NCBI GenBank assembly: GCA_034520665.1
Contig: JAXHNJ010000002.1
Coordinates: forward strand, 416,660-480,659
DNA length: 64,000 nt
Source of the DNA: Patescibacteria group bacterium
Lineage (GTDB): Bacteria; Patescibacteriota; Patescibacteriia; JAXHNJ01
Direction: 5' to 3'
Part shown: positions 1 through 10,350 of the stretch, in pieces
Layout: each line of letters starts with the position of its first letter
Numbering within the stretch: position 1 is the first letter of the stretch
Made by a program: the position numbers and the translations under genes
Notes under the pieces: model-generated
Databases searched by the model: none
Told to the model about the DNA's origin: nothing
What the model saw: the letters and a program-made list of their open reading frames with translations, nothing else

Positions 1-1145
1 TTTCTTACAAAATAGTAAAAAAGTGGTAAACAAAAAATTACTTGCCATATCCAGAATGGATAATAATCCCATTGATCCTTAATTATGCCTATCATATACA
101 AAAAATATGAAATTCCATAACCCACTACTGGTAAAACATGCGCCGATTTACCAGCGGGATATTCAATAATATCTTCAATAAAAGTTCCGTAATTCCAAAA
201 TAAAAAGGGAGTTAAAAAAATAATAAAAATTAAAAAAGTTAACCACATTTTCTTAAAAGTAATTAATGCTCTTCTAAAATAATTTTTTATTAAATTTTGA
301 CTATAAAATAAATATATAAAATAAAAAGGAAGAAACAACCAAGCTTGATGCTTGGAAACACAGGCTAGCCCTAAAAATAAACTAGACCAAATATATTTTC
401 TTTTTGTCAATAAATAGATAGATAAAATTAGCCAGAAAAAAATAAAAATATCATTATGACCATTAAAAAACCAGGGGAAAAATAAGGGATTAAAGGCAAA
501 CAATAACAAGGCTATTAACTTTTTATTTTTATTTTTGGGTATTTTATATATTAAAATAAGACTAAATATAAATATAAAAATATGGACTATTCTTTGATCA
601 AAAAACCCAAAAAAATAGTGAGACACTTTATAAAAAGGCCAGGAAAATAAAAAATAATAGGGCAAATAGACATAATGGTGCCAAACTGGGTTATCGCGTT
701 CTCTCTGGCCATATTTTTCTATAAAATAGCTGAAAGATTCCTTATAATTTTCAACATAAGGATTTTTGCCTTCATCTAAATATTTAATAGCTTGTTCGCT
801 AACTAAAATACCATCATGAACATAAATTGGATCAGCTCCTTTTTTTCTTAGTAAAATCTGATAAACTCCGGTAATAATTATAAAAACAAATATTAGTAAA
901 ATAATTATGCATAATTTTATATAATATCTTAAATTATAGTTAATCTTTTTTGATTTAGAAATAATATAATAAAAAATAAACAAAATAAAAAAAGTATAAA
1001 AAAAGATAAAATTACGCGGCAATCCAAAATTAATCGGGATAAACTTAATATAGTGCCAATTAGAAACTGTTAAAATAAAGTTTATACCTAAAACAAACAA
1101 TAAAATCATATCCAGGGAAATTTTATTTTTTATCTCTTTATGCAT
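1..1145 (-). CDS. Membrane GT-C/GT87-like glycosyltransferase, partial (runs off the window start); paralogue of 1160..2476
   Basis: Not in the ORF track. ATG at 1145 reads MHKEIKNKISLDMILLFVLGINFILTVSNWHYIKFIP..., with motifs YVHDG, NPVWHHYVYLP, DQRIV and GHNDIF matching the neighbouring gene. Confidence 0.75.
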   Translation of the reverse strand, partial: MHKEIKNKISLDMILLFVLGINFILTVSNWHYIKFIPINFGLPRNFIFFYTFFILFIFYYIISKSKKINYNLRYYIKLCIIILLIFVFIIITGVYQILLRKKGADPIYVHDGILVSEQAIKYLDEGKNPYVENYKESFSYFIEKYGQRERDNPVWHHYVYLPYYFLFSWPFYKVSHYFFGFFDQRIVHIFIFIFSLILIYKIPKNKNKKLIALLLFAFNPLFFPWFFNGHNDIFIFFWLILSIYLLTKRKYIWSSLFLGLACVSKHQAWLFLPFYFIYLFYSQNLIKNYFRRALITFKKMWLTFLIFIIFLTPFLFWNYGTFIEDIIEYPAGKSAHVLPVVGYGISYFLYMIGIIKDQWDYYPFWIWQVIFCLPLFYYFVR

Positions 1146-1159
1146 ATAAAAATTTAAAT

Positions 1160-2476
1160 TTATCTATTTTTTCCACCTAATGGTTTTTTCTCTTCTATCA
1201 AATAGCCAACTAAAAATATCATTGATAAATATGAAATATAATTATTATTAAAAAATCTTGAAAAAAACCAAAAAACCAAAAGTAAAATTCCGTAAGAAAA
1301 TATAAGATTAGACAAATTATTATTCTTTTTCTGTTTCTTTATTAAAAAATAAATTAATGGCAAACCTATTAAAGCTTGTATTAAGCCAAAAGGGAAGTAA
1401 TCAAAAGTACTTTCAACTAAGCCCATTTTATAGACTAAGCTTGAAACCCCGTAGCCAATCATAGGAAAATTTAAAGTAGCCGCCCCGGCCGGATAAAGAA
1501 AAATATCCTCTATAAAATCATTAGGCGACCAAATAAGAAAAGGTATAAAAATTAATAAACTTATTATAATAAAAGGTATAAACTTTTTAAAAACTAACCC
1601 TATTTTTTGAGTAAATATCTTTACTTTATTTTCAAGAAAATATAGATAACTAAAATAAAATGGTAAAATCAGCCAGGCTGATTGTTTGGAAGCACAGGCC
1701 AAAGCTAACAAAGCAGCCGACCAGTAAAATCTTCTTAATTTTAGCAGATAAAGAGAAGCTAAAAGCCAAAAGAAAACAAATATATCATTATAGCCTTGAA
1801 TAAGATAAGGAAAAAATAAAGGATTAAAAGCAAATATTATTAAGCCGATGAGCTTCATGTTTCTATTCTCTGGTAATTTGTAAATAATAAAAAGACTTAA
1901 TAAAAATAACAAACCATAAACTATTCTTTGATCATAAAAAGAAAATAAAGCCGATGAAATCTTGTAAAATGGTACGGAAAAAAGAGAGTAAAAAGGTAAA
2001 TAAACGTGATAATACCAAGCCGGATTAGCCCTTTCTTCCCCACTATAAAAATCGCCAAATACACCAAAAGAAGTATTTTGATAATTAACAGCGTAATGAT
2101 TTTTACCAAGGCTTAAAAATTTTACTGCCTCTTCGGTCTGTACAGCCCCGTCATGAATATATTTTGGATTATTTGTTTTTTCCCTTAAAACTATTTGATA
2201 GGCCAGCATTGAAAAAATGAAAAACAGAATTATCGAAAATAGCAAAATACTCTTATAAAAAAACTTTTTTTCTTTTTTAAAATCAGCCCAGGAAATAAAA
2301 AAATAAACCGCCAATAAAATAAAAATTATAAAAGAAAAAATGTAATTTCGGGGTGGCCCTTGCATCGGTATAAAAGTAATTTCATGCCAGCTTTCAATTG
2401 TAAAAAGATAATGAGTAAGAAAAATAAAAAGAATAATAAAATCAAGACCTATTCTTTTTTTTATTTTACTTATCAT
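1160..2476 (-). CDS. Polytopic membrane glycosyltransferase (GT-C fold, GT87/DUF2029-like)
   Basis: Many TM segments, luminal loop with Y-L-P motif, GxND and A.A.ASKQ motifs typical of GT87-like mannosyltransferases. Confidence 0.65.
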   Translation of the reverse strand: MISKIKKRIGLDFIILFIFLTHYLFTIESWHEITFIPMQGPPRNYIFSFIIFILLAVYFFISWADFKKEKKFFYKSILLFSIILFFIFSMLAYQIVLREKTNNPKYIHDGAVQTEEAVKFLSLGKNHYAVNYQNTSFGVFGDFYSGEERANPAWYYHVYLPFYSLFSVPFYKISSALFSFYDQRIVYGLLFLLSLFIIYKLPENRNMKLIGLIIFAFNPLFFPYLIQGYNDIFVFFWLLASLYLLKLRRFYWSAALLALACASKQSAWLILPFYFSYLYFLENKVKIFTQKIGLVFKKFIPFIIISLLIFIPFLIWSPNDFIEDIFLYPAGAATLNFPMIGYGVSSLVYKMGLVESTFDYFPFGLIQALIGLPLIYFLIKKQKKNNNLSNLIFSYGILLLVFWFFSRFFNNNYISYLSMIFLVGYLIEEKKPLGGKNR

Positions 2477-4090
2477 TTAATTAATTAGGTATAAATAAAC
2501 CTGGTTATCTTCATAAACTAAAGAAAAACCCTTGGTGGAAGAAACATGGTTATACATGCCCGTATGGTCTTTTTCAATCAATATATAGGAAGCTTTAAAT
2601 TCATTTTTAACCACTGAATACAAATCAGGCACATTTTTACCGGTGGTTAAATTAACCCATTTCCAGTATAAGTCCTTATCATATTCATACATAAAAGTTG
2701 GATCCAATCCAACAATATAATAATTATGACTATTGTGATAAAACAAAGTGGGAAAATCATCCCAGTCAGAATGAATAACAATTGAACCTTTTTTTGAATT
2801 AAATTTTAACCACTGCGAAACATAATAAAATTTATCAAAACTAATACCACTGCTTAAATCATTTTTAACTGTTTTAAAATCACGCATAACAACAGTTGGA
2901 AAAATTATTAGAATATATAAAATTAGTAAGGTAATTATAATTTTAGAAAAAATATTTTTGAAATATATTTCTTTAAACTGATTAAAAAACTTTTTTATAT
3001 TTACCCCCTTCAGAGAATCACTAATAGAAACCGCCGCAAAAAGCATACCAAAAGGCACATAGTATTCAACATAACGACGTGATTTCAAAGTAAAGGCAAA
3101 GAAAAAAATAAAAATTAAAAAAGTAGTAAAAGACAACTTTGATTGTTTTTTAAAGTATATAAAAAATAAAACTAAAGCCACTACTAATATTACAGAAAGG
3201 CTAATAGTATTAGAAATAAGTTCTATAAAGCCGTAATTATACCACTCTCCGCCAACCCCAATAATATTTTTATAATTGATAATACCAATTTTAATAAGTT
3301 GATTATAATAAAATTTTAAATTCTGAGGAAAGTAAAAATTTATAATTACTCCGCCAGTTACGCCTAAAAAGCTAGCCAGAAAGATTTTCAGATATATTTT
3401 TCTATTTTCCAAAAAACGCCGACCCCGACCAACTACTGCGTATAATCTTTCAATTAATTTATGATAATAAAGACGTTTTAAAATACGATGATAAAAAAAG
3501 TGAACCAAGAGAAAGCAAAAACTAACAAATAAAATAAGTATAAAACCACCATAAAACCAGACATACAGAAAAGATAAGAGAAAAAGCGACTTATATTTAT
3601 GGCTGAAGATAAAATAAAGACCCAAAAGTAAAATTATAATAGAAAGACCGGGCGCTTTAGCCAGGGAAATTCGAAAAACAAAAGGATTAATCGTTAAAAG
3701 CAACAAAGGGTAAATAAAAGCCCAGCGTACTCTCATACGCCGCAAAAACCAGTAAAAAACCAGAATTAATAAAGTAGCCAAAAAAACCGTAGCCAGCTTA
3801 ATACCAATTAAGGGCCGGAAAAATGTTACCCAGGGAATAAGGCTAAAATGATATAAAAAATGCTGATTAGTAAAATTTTCTTTAAGAACCGTGTATTGAA
3901 GCCAAGGAAATTCTTCCAAAACCCCCTCATCTCTCAACAAAACTGACATCTTGGCGTGATAATATGAATCCGGGTCAGCAAAAGCGGTCGAATACTGCAA
4001 ATAGGAAAAAATTAAAAAGCAAATTAGAAATAAAATTATATATGAAAACCAGGACCAGTTTTCTTTAAGCCAGTAATAGAGTTTTGTCAT
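2477..4090 (-). CDS. Polytopic membrane protein, probable GT-C/STT3-like glycosyltransferase
   Basis: N-terminal DPDSYYH motif, about 11 TM segments, soluble C-terminal domain with SDWDD (WWD-like) motif. Confidence 0.55.
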   Translation of the reverse strand: MTKLYYWLKENWSWFSYIILFLICFLIFSYLQYSTAFADPDSYYHAKMSVLLRDEGVLEEFPWLQYTVLKENFTNQHFLYHFSLIPWVTFFRPLIGIKLATVFLATLLILVFYWFLRRMRVRWAFIYPLLLLTINPFVFRISLAKAPGLSIIILLLGLYFIFSHKYKSLFLLSFLYVWFYGGFILILFVSFCFLLVHFFYHRILKRLYYHKLIERLYAVVGRGRRFLENRKIYLKIFLASFLGVTGGVIINFYFPQNLKFYYNQLIKIGIINYKNIIGVGGEWYNYGFIELISNTISLSVILVVALVLFFIYFKKQSKLSFTTFLIFIFFFAFTLKSRRYVEYYVPFGMLFAAVSISDSLKGVNIKKFFNQFKEIYFKNIFSKIIITLLILYILIIFPTVVMRDFKTVKNDLSSGISFDKFYYVSQWLKFNSKKGSIVIHSDWDDFPTLFYHNSHNYYIVGLDPTFMYEYDKDLYWKWVNLTTGKNVPDLYSVVKNEFKASYILIEKDHTGMYNHVSSTKGFSLVYEDNQVYLYLIN

Positions 4091-4127
4091 AATGTTTATA
4101 TTATAACATTATTTTTTATATTTAAAA

Positions 4128-4164
4128 AAGAGCTTTTGCCCAAGCATGGCCGACAAAAGCTCTT
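4128..4164 (-). terminator. Intrinsic terminator-like hairpin after pgi/pmi
   Basis: AAGAGCTTTTG...CAAAAGCTCTT 11-bp inverted repeat with an A-run on its left (U-tract on the minus strand). Confidence 0.55.
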
Positions 4165-4184
4165 AGATTATAAATAAATTATTA

Positions 4185-5255
4185 CTATTTTGAAAGTTGT
4201 TTTTTAAAATAATCAACTAAAGGAATTTTTTGCGGGTCTTTCTGGTTTAAAACAGCTAAATAAAAGCTAACAAAACTACCCAAAGTGAGTAGATAAAAGG
4301 ATTGACTTAAAAAATCTTTTCCTTTTAAATCAACATTAATTGATTTTAAATTTTTTTTGCCTAGAATATTTTTAGTTATTTTAAATCTTTTTTTCAAACG
4401 AGAAGGCAGTAAATTTGAAGGCAAAAAAATGAATAAAAATTTCTTTAATAAATCTGGATGCGATAAACCCTCTATTAAGTGATGATTCATTTCCGGTAAG
4501 GCATAATAAGCGGCAAAATTCTTGGCGTTTTCCTGTAATTGATTGGCTAAAACGTGAAGGTTGCCTAAAAAATCATTACTGGACAGCAAGACCGGCACCT
4601 TCTTGTGAATTTTAGAAGCTAATTTTTTAGCCGGGTTTTTATTAAAATCTTTTTTGGCCTCAAATTTTAAACTTTCTTTTTCAACTAATGATAAAGCTTT
4701 ATTAATTTCGCTTTTTTTTAGGTCTAAAAATTGAAGACGCCGTAAAATTTGTATTAATCCTCCAATTGAATAACCCAGGCCTAAACGAGGCTGGTTTGAC
4801 GGATTAAAAGAAGGCTTAAAAATATAAGCCGGTATTTTATTTTTTTTAGCTAGTTTTCCTAATTTACCTCCACTAGTGATTATTAATATTTTTGCCTGAC
4901 GTTTTATGGCTTTTTTGGTAGTTATAATTACCTCTTCAGTATGGCCTGAATAAGAGGAGGATAAAAATAATGTTTTTTTATCAACAAACCGGGGCAAACG
5001 ATAGCCAGAGATAATAGTAATCGGTTTTTTCAACTTGTCAGCTAGAGCCTGACGTAAAAGGTCACAGCCAATTTCTGATCCTCCCATACCACTTAAAACT
5101 ATTTTATCTACTTTTTTATAATGAGCCGGTAGCTTTATCTTTAATACTTCCGACAAGGATTGTTTGACCTGATCAGTTAAGCTTTCAATCGATTCTAAAA
5201 TCTGGCCTTGGTTGTATTTTTTTATTTGTTTTTGGCTGTTTAATATTTTTTTCAT
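4185..5255 (-). CDS. Bifunctional phosphoglucose/phosphomannose isomerase (SIS domain)
   Basis: GMGGS, SYSGHTEE, TSGG, ENAK and PEMNHH motifs. Confidence 0.9.
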   Translation of the reverse strand: MKKILNSQKQIKKYNQGQILESIESLTDQVKQSLSEVLKIKLPAHYKKVDKIVLSGMGGSEIGCDLLRQALADKLKKPITIISGYRLPRFVDKKTLFLSSSYSGHTEEVIITTKKAIKRQAKILIITSGGKLGKLAKKNKIPAYIFKPSFNPSNQPRLGLGYSIGGLIQILRRLQFLDLKKSEINKALSLVEKESLKFEAKKDFNKNPAKKLASKIHKKVPVLLSSNDFLGNLHVLANQLQENAKNFAAYYALPEMNHHLIEGLSHPDLLKKFLFIFLPSNLLPSRLKKRFKITKNILGKKNLKSINVDLKGKDFLSQSFYLLTLGSFVSFYLAVLNQKDPQKIPLVDYFKKQLSK

Positions 5256-5379
5256 TGATTTTTATTCAAGCGATTATACTTTATCACAAAACTCTTTATA
5301 AAGGCAAATTATACTTAAGTTTCTGGTTTACTAAAGACACAAAAAATGTTATAATTTAACTAATAATTGATATTTTTTT

Positions 5380-6099
5380 ATGTCCGGGCATTCAAAATGG
5401 TCAAAAATTAAAAGACAAAAGCAAGCTACTGACAAAAAAAAGGGTAAAATCTTTTCTAAATTATCCAAGACTATCTCCATAGCTGTTCGCGAAAAAGGCA
5501 AAGATCCGGCAGATAATTCTGATCTGCGCCTAGCTATTGAAAAAGCCAGGGAAGCTAATATGCCTTCCACAAATATTGAAAAGGCTATAAAAAGAGGAGC
5601 TGGAGAAATTGAAGGCCGGGAAATTGAACAAGGAATTTATGAAATATACGGCCCCGGAGGCCTGGCTATTATTGTAAAAGTGCTAACTGACAATAATAAT
5701 CGCACGGTTTCCGAAATTAAAAATATTGTCTCTGAACACGGCGGCAATCTCGGACAATCCGGCTCAGTACTTTATCTTTTTAATCAAATGGGGATAATTG
5801 AAATTGAACCTGAAAATTCAGATAAAGAAAAAATGTTTTTAGAAGTGGCCGAATTAGGCGCCGAGGATATTGAAGAAAGTAATGAAGTGATTAAAATTAT
5901 TACCAAAAAAGAAAACCTGCAAGAAATTCAAAAAGGATTGGAAAAAAAATATAAAATTACTTCCGCTGGTATAGGCATGATTCCGGAAGTTTTGGTAGAA
6001 ATCGAGAATGAAAAAGAAAAAAATAAATTAAAAAAATTATTAGAAGCTCTGGAAAATCAGGAAGACGTGGAGAAAATCTTCACTAATTTAAAAAAATAA
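5380..6099 (+). CDS. yebC: YebC/PmpR family protein
   Basis: MSGHSKWSKIKRQK start, YEIYGPGG and TDNNNRT motifs. Confidence 0.95.
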   Translation: MSGHSKWSKIKRQKQATDKKKGKIFSKLSKTISIAVREKGKDPADNSDLRLAIEKAREANMPSTNIEKAIKRGAGEIEGREIEQGIYEIYGPGGLAIIVKVLTDNNNRTVSEIKNIVSEHGGNLGQSGSVLYLFNQMGIIEIEPENSDKEKMFLEVAELGAEDIEESNEVIKIITKKENLQEIQKGLEKKYKITSAGIGMIPEVLVEIENEKEKNKLKKLLEALENQEDVEKIFTNLKK

Positions 6100-6101
6100 A
6101 T

Positions 6102-6581
6102 ATGAAAATACTCGGTCTAGACCCAGGATTGGCTTATACTGGTTACGCTATAATTAAAAAAGAAAAAAATAATATTGAAGTTATTAAATACGGCTGTTTA
6201 AATACCCAGGCTGGAGAAAAAATAGAAAATCGGCTCAACAATATTTTTAAAAAATTAAATAAAATAATAAACCAATATAACCCTGATAAAATGGCGGCTG
6301 AAAATCTATATTTTTGCAAAAATGTTAGTTCCGCCTTTAAAGTTGGTCAGACTAAGGGCATTATTAATTTAGCCGCGGCTAAAAAAAAGATTCCTATTTT
6401 TGAATATACCCCCCTTCAGATTAAGCAAGCTATTACCGGTTATGGCCGGGCTAGTAAGAGTCAGGTTCAAAAAATGCTGAAAAGTATTTTAAAACTAAAA
6501 AAAATACCTACGCCTGATCACGCCTCAGACGCCCTGGCCGTGGCTTACTGCTGTGCCAGTACTAAAGAATATTTAAAATGA
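6102..6581 (+). CDS. ruvC: Holliday junction resolvase RuvC
   Basis: ILGLDPG, EYTPLQIK..ITGYGRA.K and DHASDALA motifs. Confidence 0.95.
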   Translation: MKILGLDPGLAYTGYAIIKKEKNNIEVIKYGCLNTQAGEKIENRLNNIFKKLNKIINQYNPDKMAAENLYFCKNVSSAFKVGQTKGIINLAAAKKKIPIFEYTPLQIKQAITGYGRASKSQVQKMLKSILKLKKIPTPDHASDALAVAYCCASTKEYLK

Positions 6582-7654
6582 AAAATAAGAAAAAAATTCA
6601 AAAACTTATTAAAAGTTCTAAGGCCGTTATTTCAGACTGTGCCTTGGAAAATGGGGCCATTGTCGCCGCTAATACTGATAAATCTTATTATCCTCGAGAA
6701 GCCGGAAATTACCGCTATGTCTGGCCTCGGGACGCTTCTTTTATCTGTCTGGCTGGAAAGTATTTAAATCTTTCTTTAGCAGAAAAATTTTTAGTATGGC
6801 TTTATAAAAAACCCGAGGACTTTAAAAAAGAAAAGCTGCTTTATGCTAATTATTCAACTAATGGCCGTATAGCTTCTCTTGGTTCTCAATTTGAACCAGA
6901 TCAAATGGGTATAGTCCTCTGGTTAATACATTTTTTATATAAAGATAACTTAAACAACGCTTTAAAGCACCAAGCTCTTATAAAAAGATTGGCTGAAGGA
7001 CTTTGTCAAGCTTGGAATAAAACTTATTTTCTCCCTAATACTTTGGATCTCTGGGAGGACGGTTTTAGGAAAACTTCTTCAGTTATGGAAAATAACTTCA
7101 CTTATTCTCTGGCTGCCTGCGCCCGCGGGCTCCTGTGTGCTCATGAAATTATACCAAACAAAAATTGGGAGAAAACGGCCAAGCAAATGATTTCAGAAAT
7201 TGAAGAAGCCTACAGTAAAGAATTTGGCTATTTCTTACGTAATTGCGGCCGTATCTGTGACAAAAATATTGACGCCTCTTTAGTCGGGTTGGTCTGGCCT
7301 TTTGAAATTATATCCCCAAAAGATGAAAGAATAATTAAGACAATTAAAAAAATTGAGCAGAATATTGTCGTTAGTGGCGGAGTTCACCGTTTTCAGTTTG
7401 ATTATTTTGATTCAGAAGGTACAGCTTGGGAAGGCGGTGGGGCCTGGCCTGTTTTAAACTTTTGGCTGGCTATATATTGGCACTTGGCCGGCCATAAGAA
7501 AAAGGCTGAATCTTATTATCAGTGGGTTATTGAGAGAGTAGATAAATATATCCCTGAACAAATTTTTCAGGATTTTCGCCAAGGTATCTCCCCTCTAGCC
7601 TGGAGTCACGCCATGTTTATTATAGCTAGCCATTATTTAGGATATTTAAAATAA
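6578..7654 (+). CDS. Glycoside hydrolase family 15 (glucoamylase-like)
   Basis: GAIVAA, YRYVWPRD, DLWE, PEQ and PLAWSHA motifs. Confidence 0.85.
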   Translation: MKNKKKIQKLIKSSKAVISDCALENGAIVAANTDKSYYPREAGNYRYVWPRDASFICLAGKYLNLSLAEKFLVWLYKKPEDFKKEKLLYANYSTNGRIASLGSQFEPDQMGIVLWLIHFLYKDNLNNALKHQALIKRLAEGLCQAWNKTYFLPNTLDLWEDGFRKTSSVMENNFTYSLAACARGLLCAHEIIPNKNWEKTAKQMISEIEEAYSKEFGYFLRNCGRICDKNIDASLVGLVWPFEIISPKDERIIKTIKKIEQNIVVSGGVHRFQFDYFDSEGTAWEGGGAWPVLNFWLAIYWHLAGHKKKAESYYQWVIERVDKYIPEQIFQDFRQGISPLAWSHAMFIIASHYLGYLK

Positions 7655-9114
7655 TGAATAAAAAATTAAAAATTTTAATAGTCAGTCCGGAAATTTCTCC
7701 CTATGCTAAAACCGGGGGGCTGGGCGACGTGGCTAACGCCCTACCAAAAGCTTTAGCTAAAATGGAAGAAGACGTTTCTCTAGTTATGCCTTACTATAGC
7801 TTCATTAAAAAACAAAAATTAAAAACTAAAAAATTAGCTGAAGAAGAAATAAAAATTGGTAAAAGTAAATATCCTGTTATTTTTTTTAGAACTTGGTTTC
7901 AGTCAAAGTGTCCGCTTTATTTAATCTATAATAAAGAATTTTTTGAGCGCCAAAAAATGTACGGAGAAAAAGATGATAACTTAAGGTTTCTCTTCTTTGA
8001 TAAAGCTGTTTTAAAAATGGTTAAGAGACTTAATCTAGAGCTTGATCTAATACATTGCCATGACTGGCAGAGTGGCCTTATTCCTAATTTTATAAAAAAA
8101 TCTAAAAATAAAAAACTCTCTAGTATAGCCACTCTCTACACTATTCATAATCTCCCTTTTCAATTCCAACAAGACTGGTGGAGAGTCTCAAAAAAAAATA
8201 AAGATCATGGTCGAGGCCGACCTAAAATTCAAGATAAAAGAAAAATAAAATACATTAATTTTGCTCATCGAGCCATTAAAAACTCTGATATTATAAACAC
8301 TGTCTCCCAGCGCTACGCCAAAGAAATATTAACTCATAAATTTGCTCAGGGACTAGACAAAATTTTAAAAGAGAGAAAAAAAGATATATATGGTATTATT
8401 AACGGTATTGATTACACAGTTTTTAACCCAGCCTTTGATAAGAATATAAACTATAATTATGATTGGAATTCCCTGGATAAAAAAAAGAAAAATAAAATAG
8501 TATTACAAAAAGAAGTCGGTCTGGAAAAAAAAGCAGAAACTCCTATTATCGGCTTAGTTCACCGCCTGACAGAGCAAAAAGGTTTTGACTTAATCTTACA
8601 AATAATTGAATATCTTTTAAAACTTAATTTACAGATCATAGTTGTCGGCTCGGGTAATAAATCTTATATAAAATCCTTTAAAAAATTATCCCGTAAAAAA
8701 CCGAAAAAAATTGCTATTTACGCTCCTTTCACCGAGAAAATGGCCTCGCGAGTTTATGCTGGCTCTGATATGTTTCTTATGCCTTCACGCTATGAACCCT
8801 GCGGTATTTCTCAGCTTATTAGTATGCGTTATGGTTCTATACCCATAGTCCATGAAACCGGTGGGCTTTCTGATACTATTACCAATTATAATCCCCGCAC
8901 AGCCAAAGGCAATGGTTTTAAATTCTCCCGCTACAGCAAAGAAGATCTTTTAATGGCTATCGTCAGAGCTTTGGAAAATTTTAAACACCGTAAATCATGG
9001 GAACATTTAACCTGGCAGGCTATGAGGCTTTCTTTTTCCTGGGAATTACCCGCTAAAAAATATTTAGCTCTTTACCGCAAAGCTGTAGATAAACATAAAA
9101 AAATAAAAAAATGA
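7654..9114 (+). CDS. glgA: Glycogen synthase (GT5)
   Basis: KTGGLGDV, HCHDWQ, TIHN and PSRYEPCG motifs. Confidence 0.92.
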   Translation: MNKKLKILIVSPEISPYAKTGGLGDVANALPKALAKMEEDVSLVMPYYSFIKKQKLKTKKLAEEEIKIGKSKYPVIFFRTWFQSKCPLYLIYNKEFFERQKMYGEKDDNLRFLFFDKAVLKMVKRLNLELDLIHCHDWQSGLIPNFIKKSKNKKLSSIATLYTIHNLPFQFQQDWWRVSKKNKDHGRGRPKIQDKRKIKYINFAHRAIKNSDIINTVSQRYAKEILTHKFAQGLDKILKERKKDIYGIINGIDYTVFNPAFDKNINYNYDWNSLDKKKKNKIVLQKEVGLEKKAETPIIGLVHRLTEQKGFDLILQIIEYLLKLNLQIIVVGSGNKSYIKSFKKLSRKKPKKIAIYAPFTEKMASRVYAGSDMFLMPSRYEPCGISQLISMRYGSIPIVHETGGLSDTITNYNPRTAKGNGFKFSRYSKEDLLMAIVRALENFKHRKSWEHLTWQAMRLSFSWELPAKKYLALYRKAVDKHKKIKK

Positions 9115-10343
9115 TTTGGTCTAACCTGCTTCACATCTATCAGCCACCCAACTGGGATAAAAAAATTATTAAAAAAGTAGCTAAAGAAAGTTATCAGCCA
9201 ATTTTAAATATATTAGAAAAAAATCCAGCTATTAAAATTACCCTCAATATTAACGCCTCATTAACTGAACAATTAGTTGCCTGCGGTTATAAAAATATTA
9301 TTAATCAGATCAAAAATTTAGCCCAAAAAGAACAAATTGAATTCACACACAGTGCCAAATTTCATTTAATACTGCCGCTTTATTCCTTAAAAACAATTGA
9401 AAGGCAAATTCGTCTTAACCAAAAAACAAATTTAAAATATTTCGGTAAAGTTTATCAGCCTAAAGGTTTTTTCCCGCCGGAAATGGCCTGGCATAATAAG
9501 TTAATCCCTATTCTGAAAAAATTTGCTATCGAGTGGGTAGCTCTAGATGAAATTTGCGCTCGGGGAGATCTAGGGAAAATTAGCTTTGACCAGGGTTATC
9601 AATCAAAAAAGGAAAATATTAAATTTATCTTCCGCAACCGCAAGATTAGCGACTACTTTATTTTTGAACCAGAGACAAAAAATATAAATAAATTTTTCAG
9701 CAATATTAAAAAAGAAAAAAGAGGCCAAAAAATACTAATTTCAGCCATGGACGGTGAAAATCTGGGGCATCATCGGCCTGGAGCTGATAAAATCTGGCAA
9801 AAATTAATGACAAATAAAAAAGTTAAATCAATGAATTATACTTCATTACTAAAAGAATACAATCAATTTAAAAAAATAAAATCAGTTCCAGGCAGCTGGT
9901 CTTCAGAAGTAAAAGAAATTAAAAATAATATTCCTTATGCTTTATGGAAAAATCATAATAACCCGATACACAAAATACAGTGGCAGTTAAATAATAAGGT
10001 AATCTCCTTGTTTAAGTTAGCCAAAAAAAGAAAAGATAAAAATATTCACAAAACTCAAAAAATGCTTGATCGAGCCCTGGCCTCTGATAAATTTTGGTGG
10101 GCTTCTATGCGGCCTTGGTGGGACTATGAAATAATTATCAGAGAGTCAAAAGAATTATATAATGTTATTTTAGCTTTAGAAAGTTTGAAGACCGAAGAAA
10201 AAAAATCAGCTAAGAAAATATTTAAAGAATTAAAAGAAAACACAACCAAATATGAAAAACAAGGCTTAGCAAAAGAAAATATTAAAAAATATTTAAATAA
10301 AATCGGATTTATCCCTAAAATGGGAGGAGAAAAAATAATTTAA
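9111..10343 (+). CDS. Glycoside hydrolase family 57
   Basis: HIYQP, FFPPEM (nucleophile), DGENLGH (acid/base) and SDKFWW motifs. Confidence 0.85.
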   Translation: MIWSNLLHIYQPPNWDKKIIKKVAKESYQPILNILEKNPAIKITLNINASLTEQLVACGYKNIINQIKNLAQKEQIEFTHSAKFHLILPLYSLKTIERQIRLNQKTNLKYFGKVYQPKGFFPPEMAWHNKLIPILKKFAIEWVALDEICARGDLGKISFDQGYQSKKENIKFIFRNRKISDYFIFEPETKNINKFFSNIKKEKRGQKILISAMDGENLGHHRPGADKIWQKLMTNKKVKSMNYTSLLKEYNQFKKIKSVPGSWSSEVKEIKNNIPYALWKNHNNPIHKIQWQLNNKVISLFKLAKKRKDKNIHKTQKMLDRALASDKFWWASMRPWWDYEIIIRESKELYNVILALESLKTEEKKSAKKIFKELKENTTKYEKQGLAKENIKKYLNKIGFIPKMGGEKII

Positions 10344-10350
10344 AAAACAT

